Below, piece after piece: positions 39,742 through 48,943 of a DNA stretch of 64,000 nucleotides. The stretch covers positions 5,337 to 69,336 of the forward strand of contig CAZVJB010000012.1 in the NCBI GenBank assembly GCA_964627625.1, given 5' to 3'. The notes beneath the pieces were generated by a model. That model saw only the letters and a program-made list of their open reading frames with translations. It was not told the origin of the DNA and did no database searches. A program made the position numbers and the translations under genes. The DNA is from an uncultured Halobacteriales archaeon (GTDB taxonomy: Archaea; Thermoplasmatota; E2; JACPAO01; JAHFTW01). The number at the start of each line of letters is the position of its first letter. Position 1 is the stretch's first letter.

Positions 39742-40098
39742 ATGGAGTGGTTGTGGGGAGGCCTGCTTGGATGGGGTCTGAGCGTTGCGACGGCCAGCGC
39801 CGTGTGGCTAGTTCGCAGTTCACGGGACAGAACCGCCATGGATTCCATTGTCGCGTTTCTCGAACATGAATATACGGGGGACAACGACCAGTTTTCCTGG
39901 GCTTCAACGCAGACGATTGGCTCCGCTTGCCGCTTCTCGGACGACAAGGTACGGGAGCTTTGCGTGCGCGATTCGCGCGTTCGGCGATCGACCGGAGCTG
40001 ATCCGGACAAATGGGGGTTAAGCGCAGTGGTTGGAGAAGTGCAGGTTCCGCGGCGGACATCGCCGCGTGGCGTCCGCGGACCGAAGACACTCCTTTAA
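39742..40098 (+). CDS. TM plus small wHTH-like protein
   Basis: N-terminal TM; WASTQTIGSAC..VRELC..RVRRST..KWGL. Confidence 0.6.
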   Translation: MEWLWGGLLGWGLSVATASAVWLVRSSRDRTAMDSIVAFLEHEYTGDNDQFSWASTQTIGSACRFSDDKVRELCVRDSRVRRSTGADPDKWGLSAVVGEVQVPRRTSPRGVRGPKTLL

Positions 40099-40208
40099 CG
40101 AAGAGAGACCGGGCGGGATTCTCGGTGCCGTGCGCCTCCACGAACGCACGCCGGGGCATGTGCCCCACCTTGGAACTCTCCTCGTCGGGATTGCCGTCAT
40201 GTCAGGTT

Positions 40209-40739
40209 TCAGGCGGCCGTCCTTCTCGCCCACGATGAAAAAGCTCCGGCGGCCTTGAGGAAGTGTTTTCGTGCTTCGTCAATGTCATCTGCAATCTGAT
40301 GAACCTCCTCAGCTTCTTTTTGGCCCGATTCGTTTGTCAATCCTTTGGCCCGATGCGCCCGTGGCTTCCAGTGAACCGGTATCATGCGGCGCCCCTGCCG
40401 AACGTACATCCACGTCGAATGCACGACCATGTTCCGTTGTTGTTGGACCCTGTCAACTTCACGAATTGCGTCGTGCAGTGCGGCGCGTGACTCTGCGTTC
40501 TGGGGGCCGGCAAGCCGATGTTCGACCAGGGCTCCAAAGGTGTTTAGCAATTCGGTGGTGGATCGATTGGCGAGCAATAGGCGACCCACTTCATGGTCAG
40601 GGCCCACCAGCTCGACGGCCGTTTCCCGGATGTTAAATTCAAGGAATGAAAAACCCGACACAACGCGCCCGATGGCCATCTCGAGAGACCTTCGTGGCCT
40701 GACTGCGACCTTCTCGGGACTTTCCGGCTTGGGGCACAC
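40209..40739 (-). CDS. Stand-alone HEPN-like protein
   Basis: AIGRVVSGFSFLEFNI..QQQRNMVVHSTW. Confidence 0.75.
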   Translation of the reverse strand: MCPKPESPEKVAVRPRRSLEMAIGRVVSGFSFLEFNIRETAVELVGPDHEVGRLLLANRSTTELLNTFGALVEHRLAGPQNAESRAALHDAIREVDRVQQQRNMVVHSTWMYVRQGRRMIPVHWKPRAHRAKGLTNESGQKEAEEVHQIADDIDEARKHFLKAAGAFSSWARRTAA

Positions 40740-40815
40740 AGGTACGAGATTCCAAAGCGACGGATAATCCTTCCATGGGGAGACGAGAGTTTAGGTGGGT
40801 GGAATCCTCTGCGGC

Positions 40816-41052
40816 CTAGCGCCTGAACCTCGCCCATAAAACGCCGAGCCCAAGCACGGCAAGGATTGTGGCGGGTGGGCCGGGGCCTGGTGTTGCAATC
40901 TCGGGTAGCTTCGGCGGTGCGGTAGCTGCGCGGCGGAAATCGTCAACGGTGGCCAGTTCGACAACACCGAGCAGAACAACAATCCCGATGGAAAACATTA
41001 CGAGTACTCGGAGCCGCCAATGTTGCGGCATTTGCGCGAGGAAGGGGCACAT
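40816..41052 (-). CDS. Small membrane protein with a sorting-signal-like C-terminus
   Basis: N-terminal TM; ends TPGPGPPATILAVLGLGVLWARFRR. Confidence 0.5.
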   Translation of the reverse strand: MCPFLAQMPQHWRLRVLVMFSIGIVVLLGVVELATVDDFRRAATAPPKLPEIATPGPGPPATILAVLGLGVLWARFRR

Positions 41053-41054
41053 GT

Positions 41055-42338
41055 TCAAAGGCTGGTCTCCGGTGCTAGAGTTTCGCGGTTCATGATTTCG
41101 GCCAACAGAGCGCATTGTCCAGCCCGTATGGCCGCCAATGCACTATCGACCTCGAATCGATCCAAGACGTCGGAGGTTCCTGGATGAATCTCGGCATGCC
41201 GTTGGTCCTGGACGCGCAACAGCTTACGCCAGGCGTCCTTTTCGGCTCGTTCCAAGATTTGGGGGAGGTGGATTCCGAAGAAGTGCCGGTAGGCCCATTT
41301 GGCGCCCCGGCGTTTGCTGTGAAGATCTTGAAACGAAATGCGGCTTCGTCCGCTGGGACGGAGAAACTCGATGAAAGCCAGCTCAACGCTTCCTGCTTTC
41401 TCCACCAATGCCCATGATTTGGTGCCATTTTTCCGGTCCAGCGTAAGCACGGAGGTTTGCATGGCTGCCTTGCGATGCTGGGCCCCCAGGTGTGAAAACC
41501 ACTGTGGTTGGTAGGCGAAGAAGAGGTCATGGAGGAGCGTTTCGACGGCTGAAAGGGCAACCACGATGCAAAGCCGATAGTACGTTTGTGCATCGACGTT
41601 GCGCCCACCGAAAACGGGTTGGTCGTTTCGGATGTGTCGTGTGACGGCCGCGAGATCCTCAATGGATGCGAGGCGGCGGAAGAAGTTCCGCACCGCCACA
41701 TGCTGTCGAACTGCTTCCTGAGCCTTGACATCTAGGATATCTTGTGGTTGCATCGTCGACCTTGCTGCGTCGAAGACAAAGACCAGTTGTTGGGACCACG
41801 CGTTCGGTGGCCCCTCTTGGGGTCGTTGATGATCAGAGTAGGTGTACCGTTGCCCCGTGTAGGGCGCAAAGGTGTATTTTACGCGTGAACCGCCCGCGGC
41901 GCCTGCGTGCTCAAAGAATTGCACCATGCCGCGCGAAACGCCTGCCCAACGGACGGCCAGCGGAACCGGGTTCCAGGGCGCTTCATTCTCGGCAATCTGC
42001 ACACCCATTCGGTCCATGACGGCGATGCAGGCTCTTTCCTGGGCCAGTAGGTGCTCGTAGGCGCGGCGGATGGTCACGTCGAGGTCCAAGTCGTCGCGCG
42101 CATGGAGCTGGTGTACTATGAGCCTAGCTGGCGCACAACGATGGCCTCGGATTCGCTTTCCGCTCTGCAGTTCCAGGACCGCGCTCCCAGCTGGGCGCCG
42201 CGGTTCAGGCGCTCCGCGTTGGGGCCGGGGAAACCAGCCGCTACCGGCCATTTCTCCGCGAAGGCGCCGGGGCGGCATTGACGAAATACTCCATCGAATT
42301 CTTCCGTGCAGCGTGAGGCGAGGAAATTGTTTCCACAA
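41055..42338 (-). CDS. Protein with a C-terminal HEPN-like domain
   Basis: LCIVVALSAVETLLHDLF..SFQDL..QDQRHAEIH; true start probably downstream of 42338. Confidence 0.72.
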   Translation of the reverse strand: MWKQFPRLTLHGRIRWSISSMPPRRLRGEMAGSGWFPRPQRGAPEPRRPAGSAVLELQSGKRIRGHRCAPARLIVHQLHARDDLDLDVTIRRAYEHLLAQERACIAVMDRMGVQIAENEAPWNPVPLAVRWAGVSRGMVQFFEHAGAAGGSRVKYTFAPYTGQRYTYSDHQRPQEGPPNAWSQQLVFVFDAARSTMQPQDILDVKAQEAVRQHVAVRNFFRRLASIEDLAAVTRHIRNDQPVFGGRNVDAQTYYRLCIVVALSAVETLLHDLFFAYQPQWFSHLGAQHRKAAMQTSVLTLDRKNGTKSWALVEKAGSVELAFIEFLRPSGRSRISFQDLHSKRRGAKWAYRHFFGIHLPQILERAEKDAWRKLLRVQDQRHAEIHPGTSDVLDRFEVDSALAAIRAGQCALLAEIMNRETLAPETSL

Positions 42339-42376
42339 TAACCGCGCTAGACGGGAATTAGAATTTGTATCGGCTG

Positions 42377-43561
42377 CTAAGTAGTTCCGGCTGCTGGCGC
42401 CTGGGCTTGGCGGCGCAGAATTTCTTCCAGCAAAGCCGACATGCGCGAGACACTTGATTCAGGCGCAATCGTTCCTGCAAGTGTCTTTGCATCATTCATG
42501 ATGCGTCGCTGCATGTCGTCCAGGTTTAGGTGGATGTACGTACTGGGCGTTTTGCTTCCAGGCGACCAGCCGAAGAACTGCCGCATCTGCGGCTCGTTCC
42601 AGCCAAGCCGGGCTTTCTCGGTTGCACACGTGTGGCGGAAGTCGTGTGGTGTCAGTTTCTGCGTTTTATGCGACGCCAGGCCGGCTTGCGAGCACGCGTC
42701 TTGCATGGCCATACGTGCGGCCGTGGTAGGAAGGCGTTTGATTCCTCGACGGTGCGCCGTAACGAATAGCGGAGCATTCGGCTCACTGGCGGCAGGATGC
42801 ATCTTCATCCATGCAAGCATCTGTGTTCGGCCGCCAGCCATATGAATGGTTCTCGGTCCACTTTTCAAGTCCGGCTTGTAAATGGTGCTTGTCTTCATGG
42901 GCGGCCACATCGGCCTTTCGCCACGCAGACGTAGGACGAAGGTGTCTCCATTATCGGTCACGTCGCCCACATCCAGGCTAACAAGCTCTCCGATGCGGAA
43001 GCCGGAGTGACGAAGGGTCGCCCACAGGGCGGCGTTGCGTACATGCACCGGGAAGGCCGGGTCGAGGTTGTAGCGCGGCCGACCACCCACAAGCAGGGCA
43101 GCGCAATCCGATTCACTGATAATCTGTCCAACGACTGTTTCGCGCTCCCGGCGAACCTTCAGCGCCCTCTCGATTATCTCGTGGTCCTTCCTGCGACGAA
43201 GCTCCTCCTTGAGACTACTAGCAAGAGGTTGCCGCGTCCACAGCCAACGCACGTACTGCCGCACGAGTACCAACTGCGTGCGCAGCCCCCGCAATGCGTA
43301 GTGCCCGCGAAACGCTGAAACCATTGCCGTGTATTCAGCCACGGAGGCCTCCGTGTAGGGCTTATTCAACGCGTGATCGCCAAAGCGAATCGCCAACAGG
43401 CGATGACGAACGCTGTTGCGCTTCAGGCAAGCGTTGTTGGATTCCACTGCGTACAAGGCCATGTCAGCCTGGTTGTGCCGAGTGGCCTTCATCAGTATAC
43501 GATTCAATTCAGGGTCATCGTTCAGGGTCATGCTTTCAGGTTCTCCATTGTGGATTTCCAT
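42377..43561 (-). CDS. Tyrosine recombinase/integrase
   Basis: SGFRIGEL (R), LKSGPR (K), PHDFRH (HxxR), FFGWSPGS..STYIH (W, Y); full-length. Confidence 0.95.
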   Translation of the reverse strand: MEIHNGEPESMTLNDDPELNRILMKATRHNQADMALYAVESNNACLKRNSVRHRLLAIRFGDHALNKPYTEASVAEYTAMVSAFRGHYALRGLRTQLVLVRQYVRWLWTRQPLASSLKEELRRRKDHEIIERALKVRRERETVVGQIISESDCAALLVGGRPRYNLDPAFPVHVRNAALWATLRHSGFRIGELVSLDVGDVTDNGDTFVLRLRGERPMWPPMKTSTIYKPDLKSGPRTIHMAGGRTQMLAWMKMHPAASEPNAPLFVTAHRRGIKRLPTTAARMAMQDACSQAGLASHKTQKLTPHDFRHTCATEKARLGWNEPQMRQFFGWSPGSKTPSTYIHLNLDDMQRRIMNDAKTLAGTIAPESSVSRMSALLEEILRRQAQAPAAGTT

Positions 43562-43569
43562 TGGATTAC

Positions 43570-43595
43570 CACCAGAGAGAGCCCACTACCGTCGG
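43570..43595. other. attR: arm CACCAGAGAGAG (43570-43581) plus core CCGTCGG (43589-43595)
   Basis: Mirrors attL; the core begins 27 bp beyond the integrase ATG. Confidence 0.85.
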
Positions 43596-43646
43596 AGGAC
43601 TGCAGGAATGGGTTGATGGTCTTCATCAAGCAGGTTTTCGGTTCCG
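43589..43646 (-). repeat. Dispersed repeat copy 2, right part
   Basis: CCGTCGGAGGACTGCAGGAATGGG..GGTCTTCATCAAGCAGGTTTTCGGTTCCG matches the reverse complement of ~49926-49983. Confidence 0.92.
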
Positions 43647-43728
43647 CGGCTTCCGTGTAATGGGCGGTTCGGTCGTCGTCGCGTTGCGTGCATGCGATGA
43701 GGCAAGAAAACGCGCGAGCGAAACCCAG

Positions 43729-43992
43729 CTACGTCCTCTCGATGCCGAAGGCCACGTTCAGGTTGACCTTGTATTCCGTGATCTTGCCGCTGTTGACCTT
43801 GACGCTCATGTTTAGAACGTGCGCCCCCGTGATGCCCCGCGTGGTCGCACTTGCGTCCTTGACGCCGTTGCGGATGGCATCCTCGAAACTCTTGGAGGAT
43901 GTCGAGACGAGTTCGACGACCTTCGCCGTGCGGTGCTCGCGCTTGGCGTTGCCGTTTTGCGAGCCGTTGGTCTTGATTTGTGTCTTGGGCAT
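43729..43992 (-). CDS. Dodecin-family flavin-binding protein
   Basis: KVVELVSTSSKSFEDAIRNGV..ITEYKVNLNVAF. Confidence 0.9.
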   Translation of the reverse strand: MPKTQIKTNGSQNGNAKREHRTAKVVELVSTSSKSFEDAIRNGVKDASATTRGITGAHVLNMSVKVNSGKITEYKVNLNVAFGIERT

Positions 43993-44121
43993 TGCGGTTC
44001 CCCAGTCAGGCATGCAGCGCCTACGTCATAGGGCTTGCCCGCCGCGGCAATGGTGCAGGCCAGGGGGTGTTCAAACGGGGGGAAAAAGGAGAAAGAAGCG
44101 ACGAAAGGGCGCCCGGTGGGG

Positions 44122-45102
44122 CTAAGCCGTGGTGATGACGAGCTTGTACGGAACCGGGCCCGCGTTGGTGTAGGTCCAAGCCGACTGGCCGCTGCAACCC
44201 GTTGCCATCGTGCCGACTTCGACGCTCCACTGGCCTGCGGTGTCCGTGTCGAACGTTACGGTCTCACTGGATTGGGCCGGGTCGGGCACGAAGGGACCAA
44301 CGACGGGGGCGGCCCCGCCGCCGGAGCCGACGCACGCAAGCCCCGTGCCGTCCGTGCCGTAGATGCCGAGGTCGACATCGGTGCCATCGCCCGGCGCGAA
44401 GCTGCCCTCGAATGAACTGACGGCCGTGAGCGTGATGCCCTCAGGAAGGTCCACCGTGTACTTGTCCACCATGCTGTTGCGGTCGCTGGGCATGTTGGGC
44501 GCATGCACCGGTTGCACTTCGCCGGTCACGGTCCACTGCACCGACACGGAGCCGGCGATGGTCTGGTTGTAAACGGCGACCGGCGTCATGTCGTCGGGTC
44601 CGTTCGTCAGAAGGACATTGACCGTGTAGGGGCCAAGAGTCGCAAGCCGGAACTCGAAAATGGCGTCAGCCGGGCGGGCAACCGTCGTCACGTTTCCGCT
44701 TCCGGTCATGAAGACCCACCAGGCGGTGTAATCGCCTAGCTCGGCGTACTCCTTGATGCGCACTTCAAGCGTCAGGTTCGATGGCACGGGCAGGGGCGTG
44801 CTTTCGCCGCCACCGCCGCTGGGCTCGGGGCCAGTCATGGCGGGGCTTTGGATTTCCGGCATGATGACTGCGGCGGTCAGGTTTGCGTCCCAGGCGCCGT
44901 CGTTGAGGCGGGCCTCCAAGTGGCTGCCGTGGATGACGGAGATGGTCGTGCCGTTGGCCACGCCTGGCAGGCCGGGCGGCAGCAGTTGCTTATCGACTTC
45001 ACCAGCGTAGATGGTGTCGAAGGTGGGCGGTTGGCTGGTTGCGCAGCCGGCTAGGAGGGCGACCAAGAGGACGCTTACCATCATGAGGCGAATGGGGGCC
45101 AT
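44122..45102 (-). CDS. Lipoprotein with a C-terminal PPC-like beta domain
   Basis: LLAGC lipobox; DVDLGIY..GQWSVEV..YKLVI. Confidence 0.75.
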   Translation of the reverse strand: MAPIRLMMVSVLLVALLAGCATSQPPTFDTIYAGEVDKQLLPPGLPGVANGTTISVIHGSHLEARLNDGAWDANLTAAVIMPEIQSPAMTGPEPSGGGGESTPLPVPSNLTLEVRIKEYAELGDYTAWWVFMTGSGNVTTVARPADAIFEFRLATLGPYTVNVLLTNGPDDMTPVAVYNQTIAGSVSVQWTVTGEVQPVHAPNMPSDRNSMVDKYTVDLPEGITLTAVSSFEGSFAPGDGTDVDLGIYGTDGTGLACVGSGGGAAPVVGPFVPDPAQSSETVTFDTDTAGQWSVEVGTMATGCSGQSAWTYTNAGPVPYKLVITTA

Positions 45103-45276
45103 GCACGGTCGAGACAGGGGTTAGGCAAAAACCTTGGCGTGCGTTGCCTCCCGAAAACCCAGCCATGCTAGGGGCAAACACCGAGGAGCGGGCCGGCGTC
45201 TAGGCGGCGGCGCAGCGCGGCGGGGTGGGGTGGGGTGGGGTGGGTGTCAATCGCGGCGGGCCGGCGATGAAAGGGG

Positions 45277-46941
45277 CTATAGGGGCGGTGCGAGCGCCGG
45301 CGGCGGCACCGGGACGGCGAACTGTTGCACCTCGAGCAGATAGCCGCGCCACTCGGCATCGCTCCGGGCTTTATCCCAGCCGCACTGCTCGCTCATCCAG
45401 TCGAGTGCGCGCAGCGCCGCGTCGGGCTCGCCTTCGGCGCCCATGCCGAGGTCGGTGCGGCGCAGGATTGCGTCGCCGAGATGGATGGCCTGTTCGTGGC
45501 GGACGGCGAACGTCAACTCGCAGCCAAGGTGCGGATGGTCGGGATGGACGGGCCGGCGGCTTGCCGGGCGCGGATCCGACTCGACCACGGCCTGCCACTT
45601 GGCGCCGTACGTGTCGACCAGATGTTGCGCGCTCCGGCCATCGATGCCCAAGGCGACAGCGTCTGCAATGGCGCTGACCCGGAACTCGTCCCACGCGTTT
45701 TCCGTGCCCCCCGGATATCTGGCCGTGCGCGTCGGATGCATCCGGCCAAGATCGCGTCTGCCAAGGGAGTGCGCGATGCGGTTCACCGTCTCCTCGGCAA
45801 GCCGTCGTGCCGTCGTAATCTTGCCACCTTGCAGGGTCCACAACCCGTCGATTGCGTCGCGCGCAGCGTGGTCGTAGATGACGTGTCGGCGCGTCACGTT
45901 CGATTCCGTTACGCCTGGTTCGTTGACAAGGGCCCGAACGCCGGCGTAGGTGAACTGGATGTCTTCAAGCGGAGCATGCGGGAAGTACTGTCGCGCCGCG
46001 TCGACCAGGTAGCGCACCTCGTCGGGCTCGGCCACGGCGTCGTAGGGGTCGCCTTCGTAGTTCGTGTCCGTCGTGCCGAGAACGGAATGATTTTGCCAGG
46101 GCAGGATGAAGAAATTGCGGCCATCTTTTGCGCGCACCATCACGGCGACATCGAGAAACCGCGGCACGACGACGTGAATTCCCTTGTTCTTGCGAATCTT
46201 GGGCGCCTGGTCTTGACCGAGTGGCCCTAGCACCTCGTCGACCCAGCAGCCGCTCGCGTTCACCACGGCCCGGGCCAAAATCAGGCGATGGCCTCCCGCT
46301 TCATCCTCGACGTGCGCCCCGGTCACTCGGCGTCGGCCCGCGTCGCGCTCGAATTGCAGATACTCGACGCGCGTGTGGTTGTATGCCTCGGCGCCGTGTG
46401 CCCTTGCGTCGGTAATCATCTCGGCAACCAAGCGTTCGACGTGGTGAATCTGGGCGTCGAAGAAGGTGGCACCGCCCGCCAGGCCCACCTCGGACAGTCC
46501 GGGAGCCAACTCGAGGACGCGGCGCGCGGAAAGGTAACGGCGGCGGGGCAGCGATTTGCCGCGGCTCAATTGGTCGTATAGCCAGAGGCCCATGCGGACC
46601 GTGCGCCTTGCGGCGGTGTGCGGATAGAGCGGATACAGGAAGCGTAGCGGGCGGACGAGGTGGGGCGCGTATCGCAGCAAGGATTCGCGCTCGTGCAGCG
46701 CTTCGTGGACAAGCGCAAACTCGAACTGTTCAAGGTAGCGCAAGCCGCCGTGCGCCAGTTTGGAGGATTTGGCGGATGTACCCGCGCCCCAGTCGCGCAT
46801 CTCGACGATGCAGACGGAAAGGCCGCGTAGGGCGGCGTCGCGGGCGATTGCGGCGCCGTTGATGCCACCCCCGATGACGAGGACGTCGAAGATGCGTTGC
46901 TCTGGATTTCCGGCGGGGGTCGCGTCGCCGGGTTGAGGCAC
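45277..46941 (-). CDS. glpD: FAD-dependent glycerol-3-phosphate dehydrogenase
   Basis: DVLVIGGGING, GTSAKSSKLAHGGLRYLE, GTTD, YAGVRAL, GGKITT, RRTDLG. Confidence 0.93.
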   Translation of the reverse strand: MPQPGDATPAGNPEQRIFDVLVIGGGINGAAIARDAALRGLSVCIVEMRDWGAGTSAKSSKLAHGGLRYLEQFEFALVHEALHERESLLRYAPHLVRPLRFLYPLYPHTAARRTVRMGLWLYDQLSRGKSLPRRRYLSARRVLELAPGLSEVGLAGGATFFDAQIHHVERLVAEMITDARAHGAEAYNHTRVEYLQFERDAGRRRVTGAHVEDEAGGHRLILARAVVNASGCWVDEVLGPLGQDQAPKIRKNKGIHVVVPRFLDVAVMVRAKDGRNFFILPWQNHSVLGTTDTNYEGDPYDAVAEPDEVRYLVDAARQYFPHAPLEDIQFTYAGVRALVNEPGVTESNVTRRHVIYDHAARDAIDGLWTLQGGKITTARRLAEETVNRIAHSLGRRDLGRMHPTRTARYPGGTENAWDEFRVSAIADAVALGIDGRSAQHLVDTYGAKWQAVVESDPRPASRRPVHPDHPHLGCELTFAVRHEQAIHLGDAILRRTDLGMGAEGEPDAALRALDWMSEQCGWDKARSDAEWRGYLLEVQQFAVPVPPPALAPPL

Positions 46942-46997
46942 ACATCGGGCAGGCGGGTGGGTGGCTTAGCCGTAGCGAATGGACGGAGCGAGCCCCT

Positions 46998-47459
46998 TCA
47001 CTCAGGAAGAGTCACGGACCTTGCCAAGTCGCGAGCGCCAAGCGCCAGCCGCACCAAGGCGGCTTCCGGCAGTGCGTCGAGCTGGACGCGGGGGAACTTT
47101 GCGTTCTGGTCGAAGCCGGCCATCGGGAGTTCCGGGCGTTCGTCGCACCAGGCGGTCCATGAAGCGGGCGTGATGCCGTGCGCCTCCAGAAGGACGCGGG
47201 CAAGCTCCAGGCGTGGCGTCGTTCCCGCGTGCAATGTGCCGGCCGTGAAGGGCCGCCCTTTGGCGTCGACCGCGACCAGCCGAATTGCCAGTCGGCCGAC
47301 GGCGAGGTTGCCGCCGCCGCCCTGCCAGCCGTGCGCGATTGTGCGGACGGGGAGTGCAACCGGAGGTTCGAGTCCTTGCAGGAAGCCGCGCAGCGCCGTT
47401 TCGGCGGGCACTTCGGGCGGCGGTGCGTCTCCCAAGCAACGCTTCCATGACGGTGCCAC
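46998..47459 (-). CDS. Hypothetical protein
   Basis: Fills the gap upstream of glpD; no motif; start uncertain. Confidence 0.45.
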   Translation of the reverse strand: MAPSWKRCLGDAPPPEVPAETALRGFLQGLEPPVALPVRTIAHGWQGGGGNLAVGRLAIRLVAVDAKGRPFTAGTLHAGTTPRLELARVLLEAHGITPASWTAWCDERPELPMAGFDQNAKFPRVQLDALPEAALVRLALGARDLARSVTLPE

Positions 47460-47616
47460 TTATGAGGCTATTCGGGTGGGCCATGAAGACGGCGGACTTG
47501 TTTGCGGGCCGTAGTTTTCGGCGCTCGTGCGGATATCGGGGACAACGCTTTCCGCCGACAACCCTATTGGAGATTGCCGAAAGCCTGATGACGAGGGGGT
47601 CGCCTGCTTGAGGTGC

Positions 47617-48306
47617 TTGAGGGAAGCTCTCCTGGAGAAGATGGCGGGCGAGATTACCCTCTCGGAAGCGCCCGGCCCGACGATTCGCAAGTGGCGCGAA
47701 TCATTCGAGTTGTCGCAATCCGAGCTGGCGGCGCGTCTCAACGTCAACCCCAGCGTCGTCTCCGACTATGAATCGGGCCGCCGCAAATCTCCAGGCATCG
47801 GCACGGTGCGCCGCATCGTCGAAGCCTTGGTCGCCCTGGACGCGGCCCGCGGCGGTCACGTTCTGGCCCGCTACCATAGCCTTCTCAACCCGACCGAAGG
47901 CATCCTGGCCATCGGCGAATACCGCCGCAGCGTGCCGGGCCCGGAATTCCTGGAACGCATCGAAGGCCGGGCACTTGTCACCGCAAACCTTGCCCAGAAA
48001 TCGGTCCAAGGCTACACGCTAATTGATTCGCTCAAGGCCATCGCCAGCCTGAACGCCACCGACTACGTCCGCGTCTACGGCTGGAACACCCAACGCGCCC
48101 TCTGCTTCACTGGCATAAAGTACGGCCGATCGCCCATGATTGCCATACGCGTCCACCCGATGAAACCCAGCCTAGTTGTCTACCACCGACCCGAGGACGT
48201 CGACAAATTGGCCTACCGGCTGGCCGAAGCCGAACAGATTCCCCTCATCACAACAGACCTGGAAGTTGCCGAACTCGAAGCGCGGCTGGCAAGCCTTGTC
48301 GGCTGA
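47617..48306 (+). CDS. Archaeal XRE-HTH transcriptional regulator (COG1709-like)
   Basis: EKMAGEITLS..PGPTIRKWRE..SDYESGRRKSPG..GRSPMIAIRV. Confidence 0.88.
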   Translation: MREALLEKMAGEITLSEAPGPTIRKWRESFELSQSELAARLNVNPSVVSDYESGRRKSPGIGTVRRIVEALVALDAARGGHVLARYHSLLNPTEGILAIGEYRRSVPGPEFLERIEGRALVTANLAQKSVQGYTLIDSLKAIASLNATDYVRVYGWNTQRALCFTGIKYGRSPMIAIRVHPMKPSLVVYHRPEDVDKLAYRLAEAEQIPLITTDLEVAELEARLASLVG

Positions 48307-48318
48307 CGCCTGCCCGCA

Positions 48319-48828
48319 TCACTTTGCCGGCAGTACGGTGATGCCCATGCTAACCAGGACCGCGATGAGTCCGAACAGCAGCCAGAACACGGCACCTGCC
48401 CCGGCGACCACGATGGCAGCGTTGTCCCAGCGTTTGGCCCACGGAAAATCGAGCCGTTTGTAATACGTGTGATTGGACCAGAAGACCCACGTGCCCACCG
48501 CAAACATGCCAAGCGAGACTCCGACTGAAAGCATGCTGTTACCAGCAGAACCCGGCTGACATGCGCTCACATCGTTTCTCGGGCAAGCCGTAAACAAGTA
48601 CACGAGCGCCATGCTGGCAACCATAAGGCACGCGCCCAACCATTCGCCATACAGAAAGCCGCGTGCCGCCGTATAATTCACGACGGTCTCCTCAGGAACC
48701 GCCATGCCGGCGCGAGCCTTCTGGACCCGGGCCTTGCGGGCGGGGGCATCGGGGTGGTTGCGCGAGCCAAAGCGTTGCAGGAGACTCTGCGGCTTGGCAG
48801 GACGGTCAGGCACCGCGGCGTCGGACAC
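48319..48828 (-). CDS. 3-TM membrane protein
   Basis: Three hydrophobic segments. Confidence 0.65.
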   Translation of the reverse strand: MSDAAVPDRPAKPQSLLQRFGSRNHPDAPARKARVQKARAGMAVPEETVVNYTAARGFLYGEWLGACLMVASMALVYLFTACPRNDVSACQPGSAGNSMLSVGVSLGMFAVGTWVFWSNHTYYKRLDFPWAKRWDNAAIVVAGAGAVFWLLFGLIAVLVSMGITVLPAK

Positions 48829-48943
48829 GCAGGCGACGACGGGGGCGAACTAGATGAAAGGTTCAGGCGCAGCGCATCATCCGCCAAACGCGTCACAACC
48901 TCCGAACACGACGACGGAACAGGGATTGCGGGGAACTCGGGGA

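Larger units (their letters stand above)
7622..43595. mobile_element. ~36 kb tyrosine-integrase integrative element inserted in a dispersed repeat
   Basis: 7-bp direct repeat CCGTCGG at both ends, 12-bp inverted repeat inside the ends, integrase next to the right end, flanks rejoin into an intact repeat copy, accessory cargo. Confidence 0.88.

Noticed and set aside
10500-42340. Integron-like cassette array next to the tyrosine recombinase
   Set aside because: Cargo genes are in mixed orientation, I found no recurring attC-like sites between them, and the integrase is explained by the att ends
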